This document shows positions 51,601-64,000 of a DNA stretch of 64,000 nucleotides, one piece after another. The DNA comes from Lingula anatina (taxonomy: Eukaryota; Animalia; Brachiopoda). The stretch lies in assembly GCA_051362555.1 (NCBI GenBank), contig CM120649.1, forward strand, positions 744,001 through 808,000. Reading direction: 5' to 3'. Numbering within the stretch: the first letter of the stretch is position 1; the number at the start of each line of letters is the position of its first letter. The notes beneath the pieces are model-generated. The model was not told where the DNA came from and did no database searches. It was given only the letters and a program-made list of their open reading frames with translations. A program made the position numbers and the translations under genes.

Positions 51601-54235
51601 GCTGCAACCAGAGTTGCATATCCAAGGCCGCGGCCAAATTTTTAATAATCAAACAGCATGGCCTTTGACCAAGTCTTATTCATTATAATTCATTGCAATC
51701 TTATGGAAATAATGATCATGCTTTAAATATAGACTTTGATATCGCTTCTAAGCAATCTGTATTAATTTAAAATGGTTTTTGAGACGACTGTGAATTGGAC
51801 TGGATTTGATAGATCAAATACAACTTTTAGGGATAAATGAGCAAAGAGAAATGAAATGATGAATAACAAAATATGATAAGCCCTCGGGGGAAGCTTCCTC
51901 AGGAGAGATATTCTTATGATCGGGATGATCACGACTTTCGACAGTATATATATGTAGCGCACCTAAGATAATAAAATGGAATTTTGAAAGGAATTAACAA
52001 TATAAATCTTTTAGTTCCATTGAAATCTCATGTTCTTAAATATCAGTCACAATCCAATAACGACCGTCACATAATACCAAGGCAAGACCCCTGCGGAAAA
52101 ACGTTGTTCAGTCGCGAAGAAAGACGAACGAGATTACGCCTGTTGAAAGGCCGTGTAAAAGAGAAAGGGGTACTCTGCGCGGAAAAACGTCATTCAGTCG
52201 CGCGTTGTAAAGGCCAGCTTGCACTGTTCCGACGTCATTCCGCGGAGGCTGAAAAATCGGAAAGATTTGTTTTTGTGCTGTGCACATACATTTTTTCGAT
52301 CACTTAGAAACAGCTGATCATTCATTAGAGGACCTTAGGAGAAACTCGCCTGATTTCTTGCACCATACTTTGGTACGGAAACAGCCGAGGTAACAAAACG
52401 AAAACAACCGAATGCGTACGCATCATACTAATGATTTCTGGCAAAGAACCGCGAGCACGATTAATGTAAAATAATCGATCACATTTACATTTCAAATAGC
52501 ATTGTCTGCAAGGGACTTTGCCTTAAATAACACTCGAATCCGCATCGTGCTATTTCTGGCTTTACTCAAATTCCAGTGCCATTCTGTGCTAATGGTTTTG
52601 ATTAAATAGTTCACAAGAGTAGAAAATGTATCATTTCCTATCTTCCACGAATTTGATTTGATTTTGTCTATTTTTGCAACGCATTGCTGCAACTATGTTA
52701 CCACTTCTAAGTGAATTTAGTATATAAATTGTCGAGCTAAGCTGGGCCAAAATAGGTGGATTCAAATATCTATAGATGAATAAAATCTGAAATATTCATT
52801 TTTCAAGAGTCAAGTTGCTCTCAAATTATGTTCCTATGGGCACCCGCTGCCCCCTTCACCCCACGAGAGCACCCCCCTCCCCCATTTCTGCTCACTAAAT
52901 TGCTTCAACCGAGATGAAAATAAAATCTTATCTTATGCATCAACTCTAGTTATAGAGCAAAAACTGCAGAGACGACCAAAGGCTTGCTTTACAAAATGAC
53001 TTTGAGCGATTTGTGCTCGCAACTTTAAGATTTCTAATCACATTTTAATTATCCTGTGCTTTTTAAAATGATCAACGGGAACGTGTTTCTCCCCAAACAT
53101 ACCCTGTGGATTTGTCAATGGGACGATTTAACACCTGAATAACGCACATCCCTATCTGTGTTACGTAAAGACCTACTCCAGATGCCAAACTGAATGATAA
53201 CCCCTACCCCCCTCTGCTGCTGAGCCTCTGTTTAAGGCAAGAGTACGGGTGGGGAGGTTTCATTACACCAGACAGGAAGATTGGATGTTTTCCCACAGGG
53301 CTCATACTTAAATTCTGCATACTATATTAGAACTTCCTGATATCAGAGGGAATTGCAGATAATATCTTCCATTTTGCGTGGCATTTGTCGTATAACTATG
53401 AACATCATCGGTTTGATACCATCTGCAGCATATATCCCAGTTTATTCCAGCAGCCAAAGGAATAATATCGCATACTCCCTCCAGATATTTCCACCAGTCC
53501 TCATGGCTGCCAAACTGATAAACCCAACATTTCCCTAGATGTTTCAAGCAGGTTATCGTTACTGCCAAAATGATGCTATCGACTTTCCCCTGACAAAATC
53601 AGCAAGTTAGCGAGAATGCATAATACCTGCTAAGTATTTCCCATGATACTTATTGCCTAATTTTTGAAACTATTGGTAATCATTGCTTTTGCTAGTTCGA
53701 GGAAAGGCATTTTAATTAAAATTGGAAAAGCATGCCAAAGTTTTGTGTATTAATAATCTTATTCAACATCGTGCCAAATGAATGAATCAAATTAAAATAT
53801 TTACTTCGCTAAAATCAAGTGAAATTGCATCACTTTAATCAAGCATCAACTTCCGTATTGTTATTTCTCTATGAATATTCCAATTGTCTCATTTCGAAAA
53901 GCGTGCTTCACGATGCAATGTATAATAGAAGCGCTCCTGAGACCTGTTACATAAAACATCGTAATTTGTTGGGCTTAGCTAATAAGTAGACAGCTATTAT
54001 AAGCTGAGACACCTGACTACGTGAGGACGACCTTGTTACGATTGGTTCGCAATAAATACATGGTGAATACAGTCGACATCTTAAACTGACTATTGCCACC
54101 CGTGACACAAAAATTGCCAAGCTGAAGCAAACCCCAATTTGCTCAAAATAAAACGAGCCAACCGGCCCTTTTGATACTTTGTAAAACGATGATAAACTTA
54201 GTAGTCTAAGATCTGTCATAGTCTACACTAAGACC

Positions 54236-54409
54236 GGGGGCGTCTCGATAGTCCGAAGGTTCATTAGTCCGAAGGTTCATTGGTCCGAAAAGTGGTAACA
54301 TTTTTATCGATTTTTTAATCAAGGGTTCATTGGTCCGAAGGTTCTATAGTGAACATTCGGACCAATGAACCTTCGGACTATTGAACCTTCGGACTATCGC
54401 TACGGCCCC
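54236..54409. mobile_element. MITE with subterminal repeats and an 8-bp TSD
   Basis: TIR GGGGGCGTCTCGATAGTCCGAAGGTTCA / TGAACCTTCGGACTATCGCTACGGCCCC; repeated GTCCGAAGGTTCA; TSD CTAAGACC at 54228-54235 and 54410-54417. Confidence 0.85.
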
Positions 54410-55377
54410 CTAAGACCAATGCTCTTCGTAATTCTCTCCAAAAACAGACCCTATGTTCTTAACACTCAGAAGTTGCTTTGCAATGCTAAAGTGCTCTCCA
54501 CAAAGCTGGCGGCTAATTCTTCTCTCCATACGTTCCACATACACCATCGCACGCCACGCCACGATTTGCAGCAATATGCACCCAAAATGACTGTCCTCAG
54601 GTTACGTTTGTGCAAAGAAAAAAAAAGAGAGTATGGCATGACATTCAACAGCTATTTGCAGAACAAATCCCATTTTCACTGGGGTAATAAGGTTATTACT
54701 ACAGTGTACTTTGTAGCCACCAGCATACTATCGAGGGGATGACGTCGCGGGGGGGGGGGGGGGGGGAGACCATCATACACCCGTTCAGCTAAGCACGAAA
54801 ATGAAAGAAAAGAAGTAATGCACGTTTTAAGAGTTTTAACTTAAAAGTTCTAGTTTATGGGGGTTCACAAAGGGGGTCTTTTTCTATACAATGTGGACAT
54901 GATCGAAAAAAAAGAAACAGGACGCGGGCCTTTCTGTTGTAAAGGAGGGGGTGGGGTTGGCGTGCTGGCAAGAATAATTTTTAGCTTTACCCAGAGAGGA
55001 AAATATTAAAAGTAGGTGAGGAAAATTTACTGTATGACAGTGGCGGTACAACAATAAAATGACCTTTTAACAATACAATGTTTTTTTCTCGTTTCGTTTT
55101 TTTTATGATTTTTTTGGTGTAGAGAGAAAAAGGAAAGGAGGTGCCTTCGGAACTAGAAGGGTGTTTCACGTGATCCACTGTTTCCCCTCTCCCCTACTGA
55201 ATCTGCCATTGAAAAAGTGCCAGCAAGCATGTTTGCCTGTCTGCCTGTCAGTCTGTCACCTGTCAGTGGACGACAAGCAGCAGCAGCAGCCGGTATTACC
55301 CAAACCAGCTTCCAATGCCACTTCACCACTCCATACAGATGCCAACCAGTTACAGGAGAATTGACTATTTTGTGCAA

Positions 55378-55424
<47 letters not shown>

Positions 55425-56093
55425 TCGAAATAAATAGTTTGCAACAATTCCAAATGTCTTCACACTTAACAATTTTTATTTCATATGGGCACTGGCAGTT
55501 TCATTGACCGCTCAGTGTTTCAAACTAACCTGTCTGCAAAATTCAGTAAAATGATAAGCCATGCATTATTGATATAAATGTACTCATCACACGATAACAT
55601 TGGGGTTCATTTTAAACGGTCATGTCACCACGCCGTTTTGAGTGCATTCGACAGTCGAAACTTTGACAGAAATCAATTCGTACGGTCCTGGGGGATTTCT
55701 GTCTACCAGGGCGGTGTTATATGAATGATTATAGTAAGCATGTTGTCAGTTACGTCCAACGTTTCGCGCTACAGTTATTAAGTTAGGATTGCCCGGGGGT
55801 TGTTCCTGTCATTTTGAATAATCGCCAGGGATCATTTAGTGTCAAAGAGTGTCAAAGAGATGTCAACGTCACCTGTAAAGGTCAAGTGAGATAGAGACAA
55901 CTGTCACTTCATATAACCATGTTATTAGTATCGTCCAGGTCGGGGCTCTGCCTTTGCCCCTTGGAGTTAAATTTGAACGCTGTACCCCAGAGAAATCAAA
56001 TTCGCTCTGTGCAAAATATTGAACCAGTTATAACTTGAAGCGGTATCAGTATTCTCTCAACTTCTTTTGGTCTTTTTGAAAAAGCACAATTCC

Positions 56094-56152
<59 letters not shown>

Positions 56153-56815
56153 CGTGCGTGTGCGGTGTGTTTTGTGTGGGGGGGGGAGGACTGCATTTCT
56201 GCAAAATATATGTATGTTAAAAGAAACAGCATTTACACTTTAATGAAAAAACAAACGGCATCGAGGTTAGAGACTTGAAGATAAGTAGGATGTGTCCCTG
56301 AAAAGGTCCGTGGGAAAAAGTAGTCAAAATTAGTCAATTAGAAAACGCAGCAATATAATAACATCAAACTGGATATTTCTCGTGAAAAAAAAAAACGTGG
56401 TAGTAGCACGTTTCTTGCTTCACAGTCCTTGGGTGTTTTTCAACTGCCTGACCAGGTATATTTTATTTGCCATTTGCTATTATGACAGCTAGGGAAGATA
56501 CTTGGTCTGCGCGCCATCTACCGGCGAATGACAACACTGAAAACATACTTCCAATCATACAAAAACAAGATGTTAGCAGTAGGAATATCTGTCACTTTGA
56601 TATAATACCTTCTAAATCCTAAAACACCCTTGGTGCGCGAGAAGGAAGCCAATAGAAATGATTGTGAATGATAATCCATAACATTTGCAAGCAATTGGCA
56701 GCAAAACACGCGAGAGGAATAAGATATTTTTTTGCAATTACTTCCTGAAAATGGTCGTGGTATCACGCCTCTGTGATTTGATCCTCCCCTCTTGAATTGT
56801 GTTATAAATTACATA

Positions 56816-57051
56816 CCCTGCAAAATTTGTCTCATTTAACGCTCACTTACGGTTCTCAATCTGTCCTAGAACATAATGTTCTTCTCTTTTAATGAAAAAT
56901 GTTTTAAATCTGTTCTAGGACATTCTGAAGGACTTTCCAAAAACTGTTCTCGAACATTACATAACAACATTAGAACTGTAAAAAAAAATACACAGAATGA
57001 TTGAGATTGAGAACCGTAAGTGAACGTTAAATGAGATAAATTTTCGCAGGG
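56816..57051. mobile_element. MITE with about 47-bp TIRs
   Basis: CCCTGCAAAATTTGTCTCATTTAACGCTCACTTACGGTTCTCAATCT / AGATTGAGAACCGTAAGTGAACGTTAAATGAGATAAATTTTCGCAGGG. Confidence 0.8.
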
Positions 57052-57820
57052 GATTGCCTCAGGTGCTGTTTATCTTTTGACGGGGTGTACCATATTTTGC
57101 TGATTGTTCACACATGTTCCCTGTTCTTGAGACATTGAATATATCAGGATGGGGTAGAGCCTGTATTTTGACCTCACCATTTGGCAGACTAATTTCAACT
57201 AGTAGCTTTTAAAATTTCGAAAGTTTTATTAAAGAGACTAGTTCACAAAGCCTCACATGCCACCAGATGCCACTTCAAGACTAGGTGATGGATACATTGT
57301 GGTTATTGTATCAGAATTTGGCATGTAATAGCCAAACACTACATCGTGCTCTAAAAGGTAAGGTACCGTCATTTGTTTGTGCTTTATGCGGCCACGTACA
57401 TTTGAATGGACACTTGTTCCCGAAGGTTGAAAATTGATGACGCTCTATTTTAGAACACCTGCCGCCTTCGTTTAACAGTCTAATTTAATCAACGGTTCAA
57501 AAAGCCACGTAGTTGATCATTCTGGGCATTTTGTGTAATGAATTAATTTCTTTCTCCTCTCTCTGTGTTTTGCCTGGGAATAAGTATTGATTGTTGGGCG
57601 GCAAAGGTAACGGGGTGGGGGGGGGGGGTGGGGGGTAACACTGGGCTATGTGCGCTTAAAATGTACTCCGGATTTTTTAAAATTTCTTTTGGAAGGGGGT
57701 GGGGGGTGGTTTTTCAAAACATGGTGGCTGAGATGGGTTTCATAGATTGATTTTTTTTTTTAATGTGCGTAGGCCTATGTATGGAAGCTCCAGCCCCTCC
57801 ATGATTGATTTTTCCAGGAA

Positions 57821-58072
57821 TCCAGGACATTTTAGCAATTTTGTACCTTTATCAACAAAATATGCCTCAACTAATAAACGGTTGGGAAAAACATAACTAA
57901 TTTTAAGTGAATTTGGACAGGCCGTAGGCAGTCCATTACTAATTTGATTGAAAAAATTCCAGGAAATTTCAGTATTTTTGTGTCTTTATCAACAAAATAT
58001 GCCTTATCTAATAAAACGGTTGGGGAAAACTAATTTTTAGTGAATTTTGACAGACCGTAGACTGTCAATTAC
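57821..58072. repeat. Diverged tandem duplication, period about 138 bp
   Basis: CTTTATCAACAAAATATGCCT...AACGGTTGGG...GTGAATTT.GACAG.CCGTAG occurs twice. Confidence 0.75.
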
Positions 58073-59099
58073 GAAAGTGGCCTTTTTTTTTTACATAAAT
58101 GCTGTTTTTACATAAGACGACTTATACACGGCTGACCGTACCTTTCAACAAAAAAGTGGCATTTGTCGTATTTGTGGCGTAAATGTGACTAAAAAATGCA
58201 TATTTCAAAATGGACATCATATATCCTTGATTATGGTTCCATAATCAATTCGATAATCAACTCTATAATTAAAGGAGCATTGCCCGTCTTGGGGGTTTGT
58301 AACCCGAGCTGTGGAAAGAGAATCGTGGATAACGCATCATTATATGCTCTGTATCTTGCCATTAATGTCCGTCCTTAGCCATAAGTGATGGATCGCCACC
58401 AAGTATAGGTCATCATACAGCGATTATTCAATAACGATAGAATCATACATTCAATTTTTCATTCGTCGATAGCAGTTAATTGAATGTGCCTTCGGTTTCA
58501 TTTTTAGAAATAGTGCTGTGCCCAAGTATATATATATAGAATAGAATTAAATATGTATTAAGTCAATTTTGTTTCAGGCTAGAAAATTGTTACGTACGTG
58601 TTACAGACGGGAAAGCTTGTGGGAAACGATTCTAAAAACGGGTGCCTCTGAAATATAGCATTTGAAATAACTTTTTCATTGCCTTTTGTTGGCGCTATTT
58701 TTGTTCATGCAGGGGAATAGCTATTGTCAACGTTCACATTAACGCATGCGCAGTCAAGCAAGGTGAAGAGACATGATTCCAGGCATCCATTTTGTTGTCA
58801 ATATTGGCCCGGGCAGGTTATTTCTGCTAAATGATCGTTTGGCAACCAGCGAATTATGGGTCATATCTGTCGTCTATCTCTCTCTCCTCCTCTGCACCAC
58901 AGTAAAACTAGTAAGATGGTCGATAAACAATCGCATCCATACCATCACAAAGACAAATTGTTCTCGTCTTTCTTTGATTTGCAGTCAAAATCCGCCCTTT
59001 GCCTCATTAATTCCAACCACCTGTGTTCCGGACTTAATGACCTTAATGCTCAGGTGTGCTTATCGCATTTCACTAATGCTTTCCAACATCATTGGAAGT

Positions 59100-59229
59100 G
59101 CAAACTTGATTTTTTGCTGCTGGTTACAAAGATGAATCCCCGTTCATGCGTTCCAAAATGTGTAAATGCAAATGTTTTTTGCTTCTGGTTACAAAGATGA
59201 ATTCCCGTTCATGTCTTTCAAAATGTGTA
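59100..59229. repeat. Tandem duplication, period about 66 bp
   Basis: TTTTTTGC..CTGGTTACAAAGATGAAT.CCCGTTCATG...CAAAATGTGTA occurs twice. Confidence 0.75.
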
Positions 59230-59923
59230 GATTAATATAATTGTTCACTGTGTCCTCAACGTGCATGACATCGTACAAACATAGTAGGAGCTCTGAAAGG
59301 GGTCAGGTTAATGCGTTTCGAGTTCAAACCATCTGTCACGTCTTCATGACTGGAAACGACACTTTTCGAGGCAGTGCCATTAGTAGCATGGAAACAGAGA
59401 TGCCAGCAAGAAAGATAGTAAATTTTGCAAACGTAATTTTGTCATGCAATGTTAGAGTCATGACACCTCCACTACAAAGAGGTAACGACAGTCAAAATTT
59501 CGAAGCAAAAATCTGAAACAAATTGATTCGGCAGCACTGACAATTACCCAACGTGACTTAGAAATGCCATCTCCTAATGTGCAAACATTTAGTTTTTCAT
59601 TAATTTGAAACTACAGGGACAGAAGGGCAATAAATAAAATAATAAAAAAGGAAATAACAAGACAATTGTGTAACTACAGATAGATAAGCAGGTGGAGAAT
59701 AAGGGATATTTGTAGATTTAGGGATGGGTCCAATGAGGAGATATCAGGGGAGATATAAGTTATAAGGGATATAAGAAAGAATCCGGACCGCCGCTGTATC
59801 AATCATGGCGTCCTTACATATTCGGTTTGTCTGTATGTAAACTTCTTTGCCAACTCAATTACTGAATGTTTTACATTCAAACAAATACAATGTACGACTG
59901 TACTCAAAAGTGAAGGAAGACTA

Positions 59924-60102
59924 TGGACGCATTCAGAACATAGGACTAACTAGTCCGAGGACCAAATATGGCAACCCATGTCAAAGCTTGCCGTCTACAA
60001 TCATCTAATAAACACTGAATAGATTCTCCGTGGGGAAGTTTTCAAGTGGGTAGGCCATATTTAACCCTTGGACTAGTTAGTACACTGTTCTGAATGCGAC
60101 CA
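59924..60102. mobile_element. MITE family A, copy 3 (diverged)
   Basis: GCATTCAGAAC..GGACTAACTAGTCCGAGG... / ...CCTTGGACTAGTTAGTAC..TTCTGAATGC; internal sequence matches copies 1 and 2. Confidence 0.8.
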
Positions 60103-60915
60103 ATGGTAAATGAAGAGCCGGTAAAAGGCAACTAGGTGCAATACGCAACACTGTCACCTAGTTTGCGTGGTGCGGCCAATGCCTGCAGATTGATGTCTTC
60201 TGGCACACGGAGCAGCTATGCGTAAAATGTCATTGCCCTCAAAATATGAGAAAAAGATTGCGTTATCTTATTTGAAAGTCTTCACAATGTCCTTGTTTCA
60301 TGTTGTAAATAAGTGTAGTGTGCAGACAGAAGTGCATGTAGAAGTCAATGTTTGCACTCATTCACAATTAGTTTTATGTGCCTCTATAAAAAAGTCTGAA
60401 AAAAATAGACAGTTAAGACATATGAATCTAGCGTTTGCTTTATGTCTTGCATGAAATCGCCAGGGTAGAAAGCGTATCAGTATGGATGTGGCTTAATTGG
60501 AAGTGTCATATACCTAAGCCCGTGTTACTCCGTTTGGAGGACGAATCCTGATCCACTCTTACCGCATGTATCAAAAGACATTATTAAAAATTATTTAACG
60601 CTAATGCATATGCATGGGCCCTATTTTGGCAATGAAGATTGGCCAGAGCTCCATCTCTGAGGAGAGTGCTCGAGAGTCCGTAAAAATTATTCTCCAAGCG
60701 GTAGCAGTCGCGATATAACAGAGTTTCGTCTGAATATGCCTGTCGTTTCTGTTCCATTTCAACTGAAGCCGCTAATTTCTCTAAGGAGCAGAACGGAGCC
60801 GTATCTCTGATTAGGTCCTAATGTTGTGAGCAATCAGAAAATTTCTTTACAAATGATGGACTGTAATGCTCTCTTCGATAACGTATGGGGCTCTTTTCTT
60901 TACATCTTAGAGCTA

Positions 60916-61290
60916 GGGTCTGTCTCACAAAAAGAACTTTAATCCAAAAAATTAGTCTAGGCATTCAGACAAAAAAATGCCGTCTGCTGTAGTTAGGGTT
61001 GGCTTTCTAGTGGTCCACGTAAAAATAGGTGTTGGTGTGAAACTTACGCCATGTCTTTTATGTGAAAAATAATCTTTTTTCTGTGGCTTAGTTATTCGAC
61101 CCATTTACGTTGGGTCCAACATAGGTATTTGGGAGAAACATAAAGTGTGACTGTTTTGTTATGAAAGAGGCACAATATTTCCTCACTTTGGACTATTGCT
61201 CTTATAATCATGGGCTATTTTACATACCAAATCCTTGGTTTCAATGCTAAGATCACATTTTGGGATAAATTTCCTTTGTGAAATAGACCC
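60916..61290. mobile_element. Older MITE with degenerate TIRs
   Basis: GGGTCTGTCTCACAAAAAGAACTTTAATCCAAAA / TTTTGGGATAAATTTCCTTTGTGAAATAGACCC. Confidence 0.55.
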
Positions 61291-61690
61291 CACCACTCAG
61301 GTCCAATTATTGCCAGTAAAGTAGTTTCGTGAAAAACTGCGTTCACTTTCGGTGACTTCTGAAATATTCTCCTGGGTCACGTGTCACAGTTACTTACAGC
61401 AATGCTGCATCTTTTAAGAAAATATTTCAAGAACAGCTCCTTATTAAATATTCGGAAGAATGGGCGTTGTTGTTATGGCGTTGGAGCCTACTTCATGCTT
61501 TTCGGTAGAATCTACTAGATTTTTGCTTCTAAATTGCTGGAAAAGAAAGTTTATACAATGTACTTTATGTGATTGAGAATCTTAACAACGTCTTCAAGAC
61601 AAGAAATATAAACGAGTTTACGGAAATATGATATCCTTTCTATGAGATATTTTTATTTTAGCCGAGCTTTCCCGTACGCTGAGCTTTCTC

Positions 61691-61726
<36 letters not shown>

Positions 61727-63507
61727 ACAGAACCACTGTGCAATCCCGTTGGTTTGGCTGCAAACTTTACCGCTTCGTTTCTTTAGCAGGGCTGCCATTT
61801 CACTTGATCGATATGCGGGTTAATAATTTGTGATAGCACATCCAGCCTTGCATTGTATTTCACCTCATTTTTATTCCATCGGACAGAAACAGATGATTCA
61901 ACAAGACATAAAATCCGGGAACATTGTTTTATGTTCAAATGATGGCTATTTAGGAGGTAAGACATATTTGCTAAAACAATTAGTGGTTGACTGCGTTGAA
62001 TATTGAATGGGCTTGGCTGACGTTTGCAACAATGGTTCCGTAGATGGCTGTGCATTTGTTTTGACTAATGTTAGTGGCCTGTCTATAACGGTTTGTTGCT
62101 ATGTGCTCTGACTGCAAATTTAGCGCGAATTCATGAATTTCATATCAGACATAAATACGATCAGGGTTGCATATTTAGACAATATATAGAATTTGGTGCG
62201 TCAAAAGTCTTACTTTATTTACTTGGGGAATGGATAAATCTCGCACTACAGAGGTGCGTCTTAAGGCAAATGATAATTAGATATTTTCTTCAAATACTTA
62301 TCCGAGTTGCAGAGGCATGGATATTAAGAGCTGATATGCACTGGGGTAAAGAGAGTCGTCTGGAAATACCTCCTTTCTTGCACCTGTTTTCTATGACTTT
62401 TGTACGAATCCAATCACTCATCGTTATCAGGTCTTCCGTTTGTGATTCACGCTTTCCCTGTTTTAAGACAAAATTAACAATGAAGTAATGAGAAAGGCAC
62501 TTTTAAGTGATGTCTTTGAAACACACTTCATCTCAAAGATAAAAATTGAATAAATTAAAGAAAAAAGCCCTGTGAATTTTTAACAAGAACATTGGAACAT
62601 GCGCTTAAGGATCCGTGCTTGCTTGTTCATCAGCGAAAAGTTTTGTCAGATATATTTGCGTTTGCTCTGCCAATCCAATATTCAAAGAAAATCTTCCTGG
62701 TCCTGGATCACTGACAACGATAATAACATAGATCTATCACCGGCAGAAATATGAGAGCTCACTTTGTGGAAATTACCCCGAAGACAACTAGGCACTTAAC
62801 ACTTCGCGCTGTCGTTTCCGGTGGCAATGACTTCATAACCCAGTCAACGCTTATAACGTTCCGCTGATATATGGCGCCATTTTGAAAGACATTTTATTGT
62901 GCAACAACAAATTGATTCTGTGGTTTCATGGAGTTAGAATTATGGACGGGTCTGACTGCTTGTTTGATTCTCCTTTGGCGTATTCCTCCCATCTCTCGTA
63001 CACCTTTCCTTCTGTCACTCCTTTTGTACCCTGTCGTTGCGCGTGGCTGTCCACTTCCTGTTGGAAGTGTCATGGATGCAATGCGGTTTGGCTGGTAGTG
63101 TAGTAAATATTGCTCTACCAGTAATTGCACACGTTCGAACTTCTTAAACTTTACTTAAAGCAACGCATACGGTATTTGCTTGAGGGCGAATGTGACAAAT
63201 AGACAACAACCATGGAAGACATTCGACAGTATTCAGTATCTGTTTTACCAACATGGGCAAAAGCCATTTATTAATTTTTCCTTTAAAATTGTAAATCACA
63301 CTACGCATCATTATCAATAGTAAAGGTATTTCATCACCTCCTACAATGTTACGCGACTTTTATACCAATATCAAATGCACAAATCGCAGTCTTTCGTTGT
63401 CATTCTTTGACCCAGCTTAGAGCTTTACAAGGGAGGTTTTAGCGGATGGTGACTATATATAAACAAAATGTTTTGAAGTGCTAAACGTAGTTGGAATGCT
63501 TTGCGTG

Positions 63508-63547
<40 letters not shown>

Positions 63548-64000
63548 GGGGGGGTGGAGGGGAAGGTACAGTTGTCCATCTAAGACTTCGTATGGTGACC
63601 ATCTTAAGCAGACGGTCAAGCACAGACAGGTAGCCCTTATCTCTCTCTTTACTTAGGCTGGCAAGTAACCGGAAAGGGGAGGGGGATTATTGTAACAAAA
63701 CACCAGTGCGTTATTTATGCACCTCAATAAAATGACAGGCCCAAAGCCAGAGAGGTTCAGGGGGGGGGGGGTCTAACGGCAACCGCCCTTTTTGCCGGAA
63801 AACAATCCGTTTTTGGTAAAATTTGGTGTAGGTACATGGTGAGAGGTCTACATTTCTGCGCCCCCCCCCCTCTTAAAATTGCTAGCTACAAGCCTGATTA
63901 ACTTTTCACACCTGAGTGTGGTGGTGCGTTTCCAATGTCAGCAAAAATATCCCCTTTTCTCCTGTATTTATTGTCAGCAACATGCAGTAATACCTCTTTT

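Noticed and set aside
58773-59516. Cluster of 90-120-aa ORFs
   Set aside because: No domain motifs or consistent splice structure; partly a 66-bp tandem duplication.

Overview
AT-rich, microsatellite-rich animal genomic DNA, probably an invertebrate, with spliceosomal genes. I reconstructed two convergent intron-containing genes by hand. On + is a myelin proteolipid (PLP/DM20/M6) family tetraspan gene with six exons at 5804-8666; its ATG exon was not found. On - is a complete 13-exon, 337-aa cAMP-receptor-like 7TM GPCR (39025-26909). Between them lies a 9.2-kb Gypsy-like LTR element (12115-21341, -) with identical 248-bp LTRs, a 4-bp TSD, a tRNA-Ser-like PBS and a PPT. It has an HhH-gag-CCHC ORF, only a relic of protease, and no RT or integrase of its own. 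An intact CR1/L2-group LINE (13-bp TSD, 2A-like motifs) interrupts the gag, and the element's 3' UTR carries six covarying three-way-junction motifs. The most unusual feature is that the 3' splice site and first codons of GPCR exon 7 are amplified into 43 tandem in-frame 63-bp units. These give 43 candidate acceptors, each adding a TM4-like 21-aa unit. The rest is MITEs, a hAT relic, short tandem repeats and about 25 kb (39-64 kb) with no recognisable coding exons but enhancer-like motif clusters. All calls were made by eye; no searches were run.
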